Source: a virus (Duplodnaviria; Caudoviricetes). From it: a DNA stretch of 25,364 bases. Shown here one piece after another: positions 1 through 8,698 of this stretch. The stretch lies in IMG/VR virus record IMGVR_UViG_3300009080_000053, positions 1 through 25,364 of that record. One strand, given 5' to 3'. Every line of letters begins with the position of its first letter. The stretch's first letter is position 1. A model generated the notes under the pieces. That model was not told the origin of the DNA, ran no database searches, and was given only the letters and a program-made list of their open reading frames with translations. Position numbers and translations under genes: made by a program.

Positions 1-5
1 GGTAC

Positions 6-188
6 TTATCCATGTTCTTCTTCCTTTAATTCTGGGTGAGTGTCTGTGAGTATTTGCCAAACTTCTTTGTAAAAACTGTATACTTCTTTTCTGTTTTCAT
101 ATATAATAATTGCCGGAACATATAGTGGAGAAATTATTAAGAGGCCAAATGTTTTTGCAAGAATCTTTTGTTTATAAGTAATCGTCAT
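6..188 (-). CDS. hypothetical phage protein with hydrophobic N-terminal segment
   Basis: 60-aa ORF co-oriented with its neighbours, with a GGAAGGGA purine tract upstream of the ATG. Confidence 0.6.
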   Translation of the reverse strand: MTITYKQKILAKTFGLLIISPLYVPAIIIYENRKEVYSFYKEVWQILTDTHPELKEEEHG

Positions 189-288
189 TATCTATCCCTT
201 CCATGTAAAGATTAAAAATAGTAACAATAGAAACTGCTACAAGCGAAACACAAAAAATAGATATAATCAAACCTTCCAAACTAAACAC
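172..288 (-). CDS. small single-TM hypothetical protein, 38 aa (not in ORF track)
   Basis: Manual translation (V/M)FSLEGLIISIFCVSLVAVSIVTIFNLYMEGIDNDDYL. The GTG start overlaps the upstream TAG (TAGTG), GGAGG lies upstream, and it fills the gap exactly. Confidence 0.55.
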   Translation of the reverse strand: MFSLEGLIISIFCVSLVAVSIVTIFNLYMEGIDNDDYL

Positions 289-485
289 TAGACTTCCCTC
301 CAAATATTCCCTATAGTAATAATAAATAATGGTATAGAAATTGACAGACCTTCAAACGATGCAAACTCTAGATTACCTTCAGCATCTAAAATCCACACAG
401 GCCGGCTATCACATATCTCGATATCTAATCCAAAACCGTTGCGAAAATTAATAGTCCACGCCATATCCATAAACGATACTGTCAT
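288..485 (-). CDS. hypothetical phage protein
   Basis: 65-aa ORF in a tightly packed minus-strand operon. Confidence 0.6.
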   Translation of the reverse strand: MTVSFMDMAWTINFRNGFGLDIEICDSRPVWILDAEGNLEFASFEGLSISIPLFIITIGNIWREV

Positions 486-597
486 TGTTTTTTACCTTAA
501 TAGTTTTTTTTTGGGCTTTTGTTTTAGAAGCCCTCGTTACTTTTTTAAATTTCTTTTTGCGGTCAAACCTGTTTCGCCTTTCTTCTTTCCTATCCAT
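448..597 (-). CDS. small highly basic hypothetical protein, 49 aa (not in ORF track)
   Basis: Manual translation MDRKEERRNRFDRKKKFKKVTRASKTKAQKKTIKVKNNDSIVYGYGVDY, with TGATG coupling to the upstream gene. Confidence 0.55.
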   Translation of the reverse strand: MDRKEERRNRFDRKKKFKKVTRASKTKAQKKTIKVKNNDSIVYGYGVDY

Positions 598-788
598 CAG
601 TGCTCACTCAAGTTCTCGTTTTCAAATTCAAAGTATTCATCAAAGCCTTTCATTATGTATTGCTCGATGCACTGCTTGATTGTTGCTTCATTGGGTGTGT
701 CAGTGTGTTTGTGTGCCCTATTATATCCTGACTCTGTGCCTTCTTCAACTATTCGTTCAATCAGTTGGTAAGTTTTTAAGCGCATCAC
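597..788 (-). CDS. hypothetical phage protein (paralog of 8135..8311)
   Basis: 63-aa ORF overlapping the upstream stop; aligns by eye with 8135..8311. Confidence 0.7.
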   Translation of the reverse strand: MMRLKTYQLIERIVEEGTESGYNRAHKHTDTPNEATIKQCIEQYIMKGFDEYFEFENENLSEH

Positions 789-1003
789 GATACAGAATCA
801 TCATCGTATACAGTAAGCATCTCTTCATCCCCATAAGCAGAACAGCGCACATAATCCAAACCCCCATCTAGCATATACTCGTTGCCATTAGCGTCTAAGT
901 GGGTTACATAATCGTGCCTATGCTTTGACTCAAGTATTGTCCCATCAGGGGTACGCATACGGTTCCTTAGTATCTTATCCATCACTCTTCTACTCATTTT
1001 CAA
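785..1003 (-). CDS. conserved phage hypothetical protein with ESxHRHD...DGG motif
   Basis: The motif ILESKHRHDYVT...MLDGGLDYVR is typical of a small phage protein family; the true start may be 997 or 982. Confidence 0.65.
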   Translation of the reverse strand: MKMSRRVMDKILRNRMRTPDGTILESKHRHDYVTHLDANGNEYMLDGGLDYVRCSAYGDEEMLTVYDDDSVS

Positions 1004-1502
1004 ACACTACTTGATTTAACAGTCGGGCTAAATACCACTGAGCTTTCTGTAAGTCCTCTACCTGCTTGCCCTTGTAGTCGTAACGCCACAGGTACTTCAT
1101 GCAGTTGCCCTTGAGGTAGCCTTTGAATGCGTGACTGGACATAGACTCTTCAATGGCTTCAATGCACTCAATGTTGCCTGTGTTGTAGTGCCTAGGAGAG
1201 CCTACCATGTCTTCCTCTTCTTCATCTTCCCTAGCAATTATGTCCTCCAAAGACTCATCTTCCCAGAGGTCTACATCTTCATCGTGAGCTGCCTTCATCC
1301 ACGCATCTATGCCTCTTCCTTTTTTAGGCTCAGACCAGCAGCTTCCAAAGTCAACGGCATCGGCAGTGACAATCGGGTCAGTTCCTCTGGTGCTGTCATA
1401 AACCCAGTTAGAATTTAAACGCTTCATGTACTCCTCAAACGTAGGGTGGCCTGTATCTCTAACTCTATCCCAGTCTTGTGGCGTTGCGTCATTAATGCTC
1501 AT
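990..1502 (-). CDS. DUF3310-family protein (T7 gp1.7 nucleotide kinase-like C-terminal domain)
   Basis: VGSPRHYNTGNIECIEAI...GNCMKYLWR...KGKQVEDLQKAQWYL signature. Start moved to the ATG at 1502 (MSINDATPQDWD) to remove the long overlap with the endonuclease gene. Confidence 0.8.
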   Translation of the reverse strand: MSINDATPQDWDRVRDTGHPTFEEYMKRLNSNWVYDSTRGTDPIVTADAVDFGSCWSEPKKGRGIDAWMKAAHDEDVDLWEDESLEDIIAREDEEEEDMVGSPRHYNTGNIECIEAIEESMSSHAFKGYLKGNCMKYLWRYDYKGKQVEDLQKAQWYLARLLNQVVFENE

Positions 1503-1968
1503 CTTTAAAATCCTCTCTCTTTTTTCTATTAATCCAGTTATCAGGTATGCTATCTTCGCTGAACCACCTGAAGTCATTTGCAGAAGCCCACTCGCCGTGT
1601 GACCGCCTTGTTCCATCTTTACGTACCTTGGCAGCAGGCATCGGAGCGCTGGGGTTGGCAAACAAAAACACAAGCTCAACGTCATCCGGAAGAACTTTCG
1701 CTATCCAGATATACTTAGAGTATTCTGCGCTGTCCCAGAAACGACCCTTAGCTTCAAGCAGTATTTTCTTACCGTCTATTTCTCTAACAAAGTCTGGCTC
1801 ATACTTGTGTGTAACAGTATACTCAACCTTGTCAACGTGAAACTCCCATGCATCTAGGATGCCAGAGTGAAGTTCATATTCCCAGTTGGAGTCATAACCT
1901 TTTACCAAGTCTTTTTCGACTGGGCGCTTTACTCGTGGCTTCCTATACCCCTTGCGTACTTTCTTCAT
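1492..1968 (-). CDS. T7 gp3-like endonuclease I (Holliday junction resolvase)
   Basis: YDSNWE, YEPDF and LEAKGRF motifs match the phage endonuclease I PD-(D/E)xK core. Confidence 0.85.
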   Translation of the reverse strand: MKKVRKGYRKPRVKRPVEKDLVKGYDSNWEYELHSGILDAWEFHVDKVEYTVTHKYEPDFVREIDGKKILLEAKGRFWDSAEYSKYIWIAKVLPDDVELVFLFANPSAPMPAAKVRKDGTRRSHGEWASANDFRWFSEDSIPDNWINRKKREDFKDEH

Positions 1969-1981
1969 GTGACTCCTTTCT

Positions 1982-2269
1982 CTACCGCTGCCCCATCTTC
2001 CAAGTAATATCTGAAGATGTAATGTCTTCGACCTGTTTGTCTGGAAAGATTTTTAACAACTGTTTTATTTTAATAGTCAGCCACTTCAGTGTGTAAAAAC
2101 TATTGTGGATTTTGCCCCTTGCCCAGATGTGTGTCTGTTGAGGCAGCATATCTTTAAAGTTATCTTTAGTAATCTTATCAGCCTCCTCCTCATTGAGGAG
2201 ACCTTTAAGCCATTCAACTTGTAAATTTTCTGAATGTTTTTTTATTCGCTTAGACTTTTTACGATTCAT
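1982..2269 (-). CDS. hypothetical phage protein
   Basis: 95-aa ORF with ATGA overlap to the upstream nuclease gene. Confidence 0.7.
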   Translation of the reverse strand: MNRKKSKRIKKHSENLQVEWLKGLLNEEEADKITKDNFKDMLPQQTHIWARGKIHNSFYTLKWLTIKIKQLLKIFPDKQVEDITSSDITWKMGQR

Positions 2270-3129
2270 AGTATCTCATCCACCTTTGGTTCTGCCTCTA
2301 CATGTGTTAAATATTTGTAGCCGGTAGAGTATTTGAAAGTTCTAAGACCTGCGCCATCATTGGCATCCTTGTGGCATTCATGCTTGTACTTACACCACGC
2401 ACATCCTTTAGGCAGTTGCATGTTTCCTTTCTTGCCATCAAGTATGGGAGTATAGCATAGTTCTGGTGGCGTGTCAAGTTTTAATTCGTCTAATAGAGTA
2501 TTTATTTTTGTGTCGATGTTAGGTTTATCTAAATCATCCGGCACATACATGCAAAGCTCACCACTTTCTTTGTTGATAACAAGGAAACCACCCTTGTCTG
2601 TGCCTTCTGCTTTTTCGTAACCTGCAAGCTGTCCTAAGTAACCAAAGGGGTCATCGTCAGCCAGTGTTCCTTTAGAAAACTTATTGAAAGCAAACTTAGA
2701 TGCCGACTTAACGTCTACTACCTGACCGTTAATCTTGCAGTCCATGTGTCCCACGATACCGTTGACTGTAACTTCTTTCTGCTCATCTGTGACCTTGTGT
2801 CCTGACATACGTACAAGCATTAATACAATTTCTTCAAGAATGTGACCATACAGAAACTTAATCTGCGTTGCGCCATCAACACCGCCACGGCCATTGGGGT
2901 CACGCTTCTCAAACCACAACTGTCGTGAAGGCTTACCTACGTTAGACATTCGGACACTGAAGTCGGTGTCTCTTGGTCTTGGTGTTGCCCAGTGAAGGAT
3001 AGCTTCTTTTATTGAAGCCATTGTCTCATCAAGCGCCTCCTCCGTTAATGGAAGAGGCGAACCACCTGAAAGGTTTTCAAGCATCCCATAGATGTCAGGG
3101 ACTATAGTATTAAGCGGCTTCTGGTTCAT
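2266..3129 (-). CDS. PD-(D/E)xK exonuclease (Cas4/RecB-like)
   Basis: GHMDCKINGQVVDVKSA catalytic motif, QLAGY motif and C-terminal CxxCxxxxxC; lies in the replication module. Confidence 0.8.
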   Translation of the reverse strand: MNQKPLNTIVPDIYGMLENLSGGSPLPLTEEALDETMASIKEAILHWATPRPRDTDFSVRMSNVGKPSRQLWFEKRDPNGRGGVDGATQIKFLYGHILEEIVLMLVRMSGHKVTDEQKEVTVNGIVGHMDCKINGQVVDVKSASKFAFNKFSKGTLADDDPFGYLGQLAGYEKAEGTDKGGFLVINKESGELCMYVPDDLDKPNIDTKINTLLDELKLDTPPELCYTPILDGKKGNMQLPKGCAWCKYKHECHKDANDGAGLRTFKYSTGYKYLTHVEAEPKVDEIL

Positions 3130-3535
3130 CTTCTAACTCCTTAAAAGCTTTGATTACATCAGAAGAAAAGAGCTTCTGAAGGTTTAACAAATACATCTGA
3201 CTTGCTCTGTGGTCACCACCCGACACAGTTTTAAAACTGTCTAGGCGCTTGACAATCTTCTTGAGTGTAGCAGTATTAAAAACCAATGTACAGTATTCAT
3301 TATCGCCGATACATAAGTTATGGAACCAGTAGTCGGATTCAGTTGCGTCAATACCTGACGGCTTACCGTATGACTTATACTCAATACATATGTTACCTGT
3401 CTTCTGCCACAAGTCGCGCTCTGATTTAACTTCTATCTTTTTACCTGTAAGCATTGCTGCAATTTTATCTTCCCGAACTTCGCCGTAAGCTAGGTCAAGG
3501 TCAAACTTCTTTCTGTTTTCTTTAGTGGGTTTCAT
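3110..3535 (-). CDS. putative PD-(D/E)xK-fold nuclease-like protein
   Basis: IEVKSE motif followed by GNICIEY. The likely start is the ATG at 3535 (MKPTKENRKK), overlapping the polymerase end. Confidence 0.55.
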   Translation of the reverse strand: MKPTKENRKKFDLDLAYGEVREDKIAAMLTGKKIEVKSERDLWQKTGNICIEYKSYGKPSGIDATESDYWFHNLCIGDNEYCTLVFNTATLKKIVKRLDSFKTVSGGDHRASQMYLLNLQKLFSSDVIKAFKELEDEPEAA

Positions 3536-5291
3536 GCCATCCATCTCCGATGTTGAAGTCCCCATCTAAGGGACAGTTTAAGTTTAAGTTTATACCGGCT
3601 TGTGCAATTGCTGCAACGCCAAGTCTTCCAACATCCTCTGCGTCTTTTTCTTTACACTCAATCTGCCACTCATCGTGAACATTGGCTACAAATTTAGCGT
3701 CAACCTTAAACTTTTTGAAGTAACCATCAAGCACAACCAGAGCTTCTTTCATAACAATTGCACCGGCTGACTGTAACAGTGTGTTAAGTGCGGCGTGTTC
3801 AGAGCGTATAGAAAGCTTGCGGCCATCCAGACCTTTTAAGAATCCCTTTTTACTTTCTCGTTGTACTCTTCCGACAAGAGCTTTAAGTGATGGGACACTA
3901 TTAAGAAACTGTTTTCGCAGCTCTCGCCCTCTTGCCTTACCTGCTTTAGCCACTGCCCCAAGCTTTGCATCTCCTGCTCCGTATAAAAAGGCATAGATGA
4001 AAGTCTTCGCCTGATTTCTTGATTCAAGTCCTGCAAGTCTTTGGTTAGCCGAGTGAATGTCTCCGTTGAGAATTTCATTAGTGTACTCCGTATCGTTCAT
4101 GTAGTGTGCAAGCATTCTAAGTTCTAACCCAGACGCATCAATACCTACAAGTTTATTACCATCTTTAACAGTCCAACAAGACCTACACTCTTTACCGTAG
4201 GGTGAGTTGCTGCTAGGTATCTGAGCCATGTTAGGATGGCTGTGGGTCATGCGGCCAGTCACTGCACCGTTAGGATTAACATAACCACGCACCCTGTTGT
4301 CAGGGTCAACTGCTTTTATCCAACTGTTTACCTGAGCCAAGCGCTTCTGAAGCATTAAGTATCTAGCAATCAAAGCAGCTTCAGGTATACCATTAACCTT
4401 GGACAGTGTACCTTCGTCAACGATAGGCTGTCCGGTAGGTGTAAAGTTTTTAGGTGTCCAGCCAGCATCAATAAGATACTCACCTATCTGCTTACGAGAA
4501 CCTAGATTAAAGTCTATATGTGTCTCACGCTTGAGAGGCTTGTTGGTTTGAAGCATGATATTATACTCGTCATCAGTAAGTCTAACACCCTTACCATCTG
4601 GGCCTTCAGAAACCTTAGCAAGCTTACCGCTTTTAGTATACTTAGGCTTGAGAATATCTACGATAATCTTGGGCCTGAATGTCTCATGCACTTCAGATTC
4701 TGTAGCATCAAGCTTCTCTTGGAACATTGCAACAAGCAGCATAGCCTTACGCATGTCTAACTCGAAACCATTGCGGCGTTGCTGGTCTATAATCTTAGCA
4801 ACTGAATGCTCAAGGTTTACTGCGGTAGGTGTGAAGCCTCGGCTCTCGACACGCAACTGCTGATATACCTTAGTGTTCAGTTGTACATCACGCTTACAAT
4901 ACTCTAGCATCTCAGGGCAGTAAGCATCCCAAGCATCTTGGTTGTCACCGTAGTCACCCTTGTTAAATTTAAGGCGGTAACCCCAAGACTCTAGGCCGTG
5001 ACCACCCTCACGAGTTGGCTTAAACAGTCTAGACAATACCAATGTGTCTACAATGTTCTTGTTGCTTAGGTCAAGTCCTGTAATTTTCTTGATAGCCGGT
5101 AGGTCGTAGCCAATAATGTTGTGGCCGATTAGTTTGTCTGCGGTTCGTAGTAAACCATATCCTTCTTCTAGCTGGGTGTTGTCAAAAGTAAACACATCCA
5201 TTGTGTCTACGTCTTGAGCAACAATACAAAAGATTTTAGTAGGGTCAAGTCCGTCTGCCTCAATGTCAAACACTAAGTTAAAGTTACTCAT
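3522..5291 (-). CDS. polA: family A DNA polymerase with 3'-5' exonuclease (T7 gp5-like)
   Basis: ExoI FDIE, ExoII HNIIGYD, ExoIII YCKRD; motif A DASGLELR, motif B RNQAKTFIYAFLYG, motif C VHDE. Confidence 0.96.
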   Translation of the reverse strand: MSNFNLVFDIEADGLDPTKIFCIVAQDVDTMDVFTFDNTQLEEGYGLLRTADKLIGHNIIGYDLPAIKKITGLDLSNKNIVDTLVLSRLFKPTREGGHGLESWGYRLKFNKGDYGDNQDAWDAYCPEMLEYCKRDVQLNTKVYQQLRVESRGFTPTAVNLEHSVAKIIDQQRRNGFELDMRKAMLLVAMFQEKLDATESEVHETFRPKIIVDILKPKYTKSGKLAKVSEGPDGKGVRLTDDEYNIMLQTNKPLKRETHIDFNLGSRKQIGEYLIDAGWTPKNFTPTGQPIVDEGTLSKVNGIPEAALIARYLMLQKRLAQVNSWIKAVDPDNRVRGYVNPNGAVTGRMTHSHPNMAQIPSSNSPYGKECRSCWTVKDGNKLVGIDASGLELRMLAHYMNDTEYTNEILNGDIHSANQRLAGLESRNQAKTFIYAFLYGAGDAKLGAVAKAGKARGRELRKQFLNSVPSLKALVGRVQRESKKGFLKGLDGRKLSIRSEHAALNTLLQSAGAIVMKEALVVLDGYFKKFKVDAKFVANVHDEWQIECKEKDAEDVGRLGVAAIAQAGINLNLNCPLDGDFNIGDGWHETH

Positions 5292-6949
5292 AGCTCATCT
5301 CCGTCAAAGGCATCATAGTTATTACCGTCATCAATCTCTCGTAGCCTGCCGGTGTCGGCATCGTATAGAAGACTACAAGCCACACCAACATCTCCAGTGT
5401 ATCTAGATTTAAGCACTCGCACCTTGGTGGTTGATGCCTCAATCTCATCCTCTGATTGCTGGTTGCGCTCTAGAGATATGACACAGTCTGATAACTGAGC
5501 GATACTCTGAGAGCCTCGAAGGTGTGATAGCCCTGTCTCGATACCGTTCTCATGTCCACGGTTGCCCTCAACTCTACGAAGATGGGACACCAGTATCATA
5601 CCGGCACCTGTCTCTTCTACAAGGGAGCGTAGTCGGTGCATGATACCATCAATAGCTTTGCGCTCATCGCCTTCTAAGGCTTGAAGCACTAGCATATGAA
5701 GGTGGTCAACTACAACCCACTTACAATCTAATCCAATAATCAAGTAGCGTAGCTTACTAAATATATCTTCTAGATTGTTTACACCGAGGTGGGCATGAAT
5801 CCAAACACGCCCCTCGTTCTCTCCCATAAATACTTTGCGATAGTATTGTTCAAGCTTGTCATCACCCATCTTATTCTTAACGCTGTCTAGGTGTAGCTTG
5901 GCGTTAGCTTCAACAGCCATGATACCTTCAGCGGTGCGGCTCCAGTTCTCTTCAAGAGCTACAATGCCTACGTTATCTTTGGTGTGGTTGATAAGCCAGT
6001 GCTCTAGCTCTCTGGTAACAGAAGACTTACCAAGACCAGTGCCGCCAGTAAGAGTTACTAGCTCACCTGCTCTCATGCCTTCTAGCTTCTTGTTTAAGCC
6101 GCCCCACGGATATGGGATTGACGGAAGCTTCTCTGTTCGGAGCCGCTTGTATTCGTCTAGCTGATTAGACAGGTTCATAATCCCTGAAGGGGTGTAGACT
6201 TTTGCATCCCAGAAACAGTTGACGAATGTGGAATGCTTACGTGCCCTGAGCATATCGTTAGGGTCTTTGAAACCTTCGGGCAGTGTCATCAGCTTAGCTT
6301 TATTGGGAGTAAGAAGCTTTGCAATTGCTTTCGCTCCGTCCCTGCCCACTGTATCGCTATCAAAACAGATGACAACAGCCTCGAAGGATTCAAGAAACTC
6401 TAGGCTATTCTTAACGTCACGAGCACCTCCTTGTGCTCCTGATTTTACAGATACTACAGGCCACTTACTTCCAAGTAGTTCGTATGCTGCCATCGCATCA
6501 CACTCTCCTTCTACCACTGTAATAAACTTACCACCTGCTTTAAACAACTGCTCTCCGAACAGCCCTGTTTCTTTAGAGTCACCCTTCCAAGCGAACTGCT
6601 TGTTAAGCTTTCTAACTTTTGTTGCTACCTCTTCGCCTTTATGGAAGTAAGGATAGTGGTGGCTAGTAACTTTACCGTTGAGAGTAGTAGACTTAACGCC
6701 ATACTTTTTGGCTGTATCAATACTAATATCTCTGTCGGTCAAGGCGTTGTAGCTAGAACCGCTACCGGTTCCGTTGGGCTGATACTTTGTAAAGTCCGTT
6801 ACAGTATCTGGTTGTTGCACTTCCGATGTGCCGTAGTTTTTAAAATAAGTATTGCAGCTAAAGCAATATGCAGACCCATCATCATTCTGTGATACTGGGT
6901 CACTCCCCCCACAGTCATTACATGGGAGGTGGAATTTAACAAACGGCAT
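5288..6949 (-). CDS. DNA primase-helicase (T7 gp4-like)
   Basis: Zn finger CNDC...CFSC, TOPRIM VEGECDA and FDSD, Walker A GGTGLGKS, VVDHL, HLRGSQSIAQLSD, KSRYTG. Confidence 0.96.
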   Translation of the reverse strand: MPFVKFHLPCNDCGGSDPVSQNDDGSAYCFSCNTYFKNYGTSEVQQPDTVTDFTKYQPNGTGSGSSYNALTDRDISIDTAKKYGVKSTTLNGKVTSHHYPYFHKGEEVATKVRKLNKQFAWKGDSKETGLFGEQLFKAGGKFITVVEGECDAMAAYELLGSKWPVVSVKSGAQGGARDVKNSLEFLESFEAVVICFDSDTVGRDGAKAIAKLLTPNKAKLMTLPEGFKDPNDMLRARKHSTFVNCFWDAKVYTPSGIMNLSNQLDEYKRLRTEKLPSIPYPWGGLNKKLEGMRAGELVTLTGGTGLGKSSVTRELEHWLINHTKDNVGIVALEENWSRTAEGIMAVEANAKLHLDSVKNKMGDDKLEQYYRKVFMGENEGRVWIHAHLGVNNLEDIFSKLRYLIIGLDCKWVVVDHLHMLVLQALEGDERKAIDGIMHRLRSLVEETGAGMILVSHLRRVEGNRGHENGIETGLSHLRGSQSIAQLSDCVISLERNQQSEDEIEASTTKVRVLKSRYTGDVGVACSLLYDADTGRLREIDDGNNYDAFDGDEL

Positions 6950-6964
6950 GGTGTTACCTCTAAG

Positions 6965-7198
6965 TTAGCCTTCGATTGCAACTTCCGTGTCTTCTGTGTT
7001 TTCAGTGATAGCTTCATCCGTAAGCTTATCTTCAAATAACATTTTAATATGCTGAGCTGCTGCTTGGTACAACTGCACATCATTATTAGACACTTGAGCT
7101 TTAACCATTGCATCTTTCAAAAGCCCGAATAATCCTTGGGCTTCTTCGTCAAGAAGGCTAATGTCATATGCCGTTCCCTCTTTTGTATAAGTATTCAT
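6965..7198 (-). CDS. small acidic helical hypothetical protein
   Basis: 77-aa ORF with TAATG coupling to ssb and GGAGGGAG upstream. Confidence 0.7.
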   Translation of the reverse strand: MNTYTKEGTAYDISLLDEEAQGLFGLLKDAMVKAQVSNNDVQLYQAAAQHIKMLFEDKLTDEAITENTEDTEVAIEG

Positions 7199-7623
7199 TA
7201 AATCACTCCCTCCATTTCATCTTCTACATCAAACTCTCCGCCGTCTACTGTACCGACAGATACTAAATCAAGAACCTGCATAGCTTGGAAGTCTAAGCCC
7301 TTGAAGGTCTTACCTTTCCAAACAGATTCCCACTCTTTGTACTGAACCTTAACTGTAGAGCCATTACCTACACGCTCATCAATTGGATTCTTACTAGCGT
7401 CAACAAGCTTAGGTGCTTGGCGAACCATTCCGTTGGGGCCATTAACTTTGCGCTTGATGATTAGTGCTGGGCCTTCGTCCATGTCTTTAACTGCAAAGCC
7501 TCTAGACCGAAAGCCTTGTGCAGTGTCTTCATCTACTACTAAGTTTACTGTATATACTGGTTCGTAAGTAGTGTTAGGGGTAGTTACGCTTGCCCAATAT
7601 GCTGTTCCTGATAATATAGCCAT
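7198..7623 (-). CDS. ssb: single-stranded DNA-binding protein (T7 gp2.5-like)
   Basis: G.AYWA, P.LVD and VGNGS.VKV OB-fold pattern with an acidic C-terminal tail (EFDVEDEMEGVI); lies upstream of the primase-helicase. Confidence 0.8.
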   Translation of the reverse strand: MAILSGTAYWASVTTPNTTYEPVYTVNLVVDEDTAQGFRSRGFAVKDMDEGPALIIKRKVNGPNGMVRQAPKLVDASKNPIDERVGNGSTVKVQYKEWESVWKGKTFKGLDFQAMQVLDLVSVGTVDGGEFDVEDEMEGVI

Positions 7624-7662
7624 GTTTATATTTCCTATCGTTGGTGTTAAAATTGAAGTGGC

Positions 7663-7691
7663 ATTGTACCACGAGTTACTACGTTTGTAAA
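7663..7691 (-). promoter_or_regulatory. sigma70-type promoter for the replication module
   Basis: Minus strand reads TTTACA-17 nt-TACAAT with a TGn extended -10, about 40 nt upstream of the ssb ATG. Confidence 0.75.
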
Positions 7692-7704
7692 GTTTTATTT
7701 CAAT

Positions 7705-7818
7705 TTATTTATATGGATGAAACATTTCCGCAAATAAGCACACAACAGATGCAGCGCCAATCAACCATATCGGAGCGCCGACTAGCGCAAGTCCTAGTAT
7801 GACTGCTGCCGTGGTCAT
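7705..7818 (-). CDS. small membrane peptide, 37 aa (not in ORF track)
   Basis: Manual translation MTTAAVILGLALVGAPIWLIGAASVVCLFAEMFHPYK, with ATGA overlap to the upstream stop. Confidence 0.5.
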   Translation of the reverse strand: MTTAAVILGLALVGAPIWLIGAASVVCLFAEMFHPYK

Positions 7819-8135
7819 GATTTTACTGTCTCATCAACAAGCTCTTTAACAAACAGGCCGTCAACCATCTTACCTTTGCGGTGTCGTATATCTTCATAAG
7901 CATGAGACATACAGTCATGAAGCGTTAAGTTGTTTCTATGTGCTAAGTTAATCAGAACTACAATGATGTCGCCGATGTCGTCAACTATTGGCTGACTGTT
8001 CATAATGTTAAGTCTTAGCTCTTCTACTTCCTCAAGAAGCTTTTCAAATTGTTGATGGTCGGTTGAGCCGTGAATAAGATTACGGTCATGGTGCCAATGT
8101 ACAATTCTACTTTCTAATGTATATGCAATGGTCAT
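7815..8135 (-). CDS. mazG: MazG-like nucleotide pyrophosphohydrolase
   Basis: QFEKLLEEVEEL...DDIGDIIVVL (EExxE...DxxD), plus the AYEDIRHRKGKMVDGLFVKE tail typical of phage MazG-like proteins. Confidence 0.8.
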   Translation of the reverse strand: MTIAYTLESRIVHWHHDRNLIHGSTDHQQFEKLLEEVEELRLNIMNSQPIVDDIGDIIVVLINLAHRNNLTLHDCMSHAYEDIRHRKGKMVDGLFVKELVDETVKS

Positions 8136-8311
8136 TAATTATCTCCATTAAAGTCTATGATTTCGTTAAGTGCTTCCCAGATTTCATTGTTTATACTTTC
8201 TTTAATTTTATATACTGATGGGTCATCCTCATATTTATAAGCTTTGAGATATCCTGAATCAATGCCAGCCTCAATTGCTGCCTTGAGTATTACATACATT
8301 CTTATCTTCAT
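8135..8311 (-). CDS. hypothetical protein, 58 aa (paralog of 597..788; not in ORF track)
   Basis: Manual translation MKIRMYVILKAAIEAGIDSGYLKAYKYEDDPSVYKIKESINNEIWEALNEIIDFNGDN, with TAATG coupling downstream. Confidence 0.7.
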   Translation of the reverse strand: MKIRMYVILKAAIEAGIDSGYLKAYKYEDDPSVYKIKESINNEIWEALNEIIDFNGDN

Positions 8312-8438
8312 TGCCTTGTTCCTTTATGATATAGCTGAGCAGTTCATCTATTGTAACGTCCCAGTTGCTTGTGGCTTGCTGCAAGGTTAAGCGTCCTTGT
8401 ATTAAGTCTTCTTTAGCATTCTTTAAGTTCTGATTCAA
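8271..8438 (-). CDS. small possible HTH-like protein, 55 aa (not in ORF track)
   Basis: TTG start overlaps the upstream TGA, with GGAG upstream; translation MNQNLKNAKEDLIQGRLTLQQATSNWDVTIDELLSYIIKE... Confidence 0.45.
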   Translation of the reverse strand: MNQNLKNAKEDLIQGRLTLQQATSNWDVTIDELLSYIIKEQGNEDKNVCNTQGSN

Positions 8439-8698
8439 TACAGACTACTCCACTCTTTAAGTTTATCTTGTTTCTTAAACATCTGCTCAAGCTTTTCTAC
8501 TGGGCTAACCAGTTTATAAGCTGAGAGCATGTTAATCATCACAGTAACATCGGCTGACTCCTGTACTAAGTTGTCTAAATTCTTTTGTTCTTTGCCAAAC
8601 CTTAGAAGTTTGCTGCAAACCATTGCTAGTTCGCAGCACTCTTCCATAGTTATAACAAGAAGCTCTTGTTCTTGAGGGGTTAGTTCATTGTTTAACAT
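8435..8698 (-). CDS. second MazG-like (all-alpha NTP pyrophosphatase fold) protein
   Basis: MEECCELAMVCSKLLR...LVQESADV fits the EExxE...ExxD pattern. Confidence 0.65.
   Translation of the reverse strand: MLNNELTPQEQELLVITMEECCELAMVCSKLLRFGKEQKNLDNLVQESADVTVMINMLSAYKLVSPVEKLEQMFKKQDKLKEWSSLY

Noticed and set aside
1503-1685. N-terminal extension of the DUF3310 ORF given by the track
   Set aside because: It overlaps the endonuclease I catalytic region; the ATG at 1502 with a purine-rich SD gives a normal short overlap.
2266-3129. Cas4-like nuclease as part of a CRISPR-Cas system
   Set aside because: There is no cas1/cas2 or array; stand-alone Cas4-like exonucleases are common in phage replication modules.
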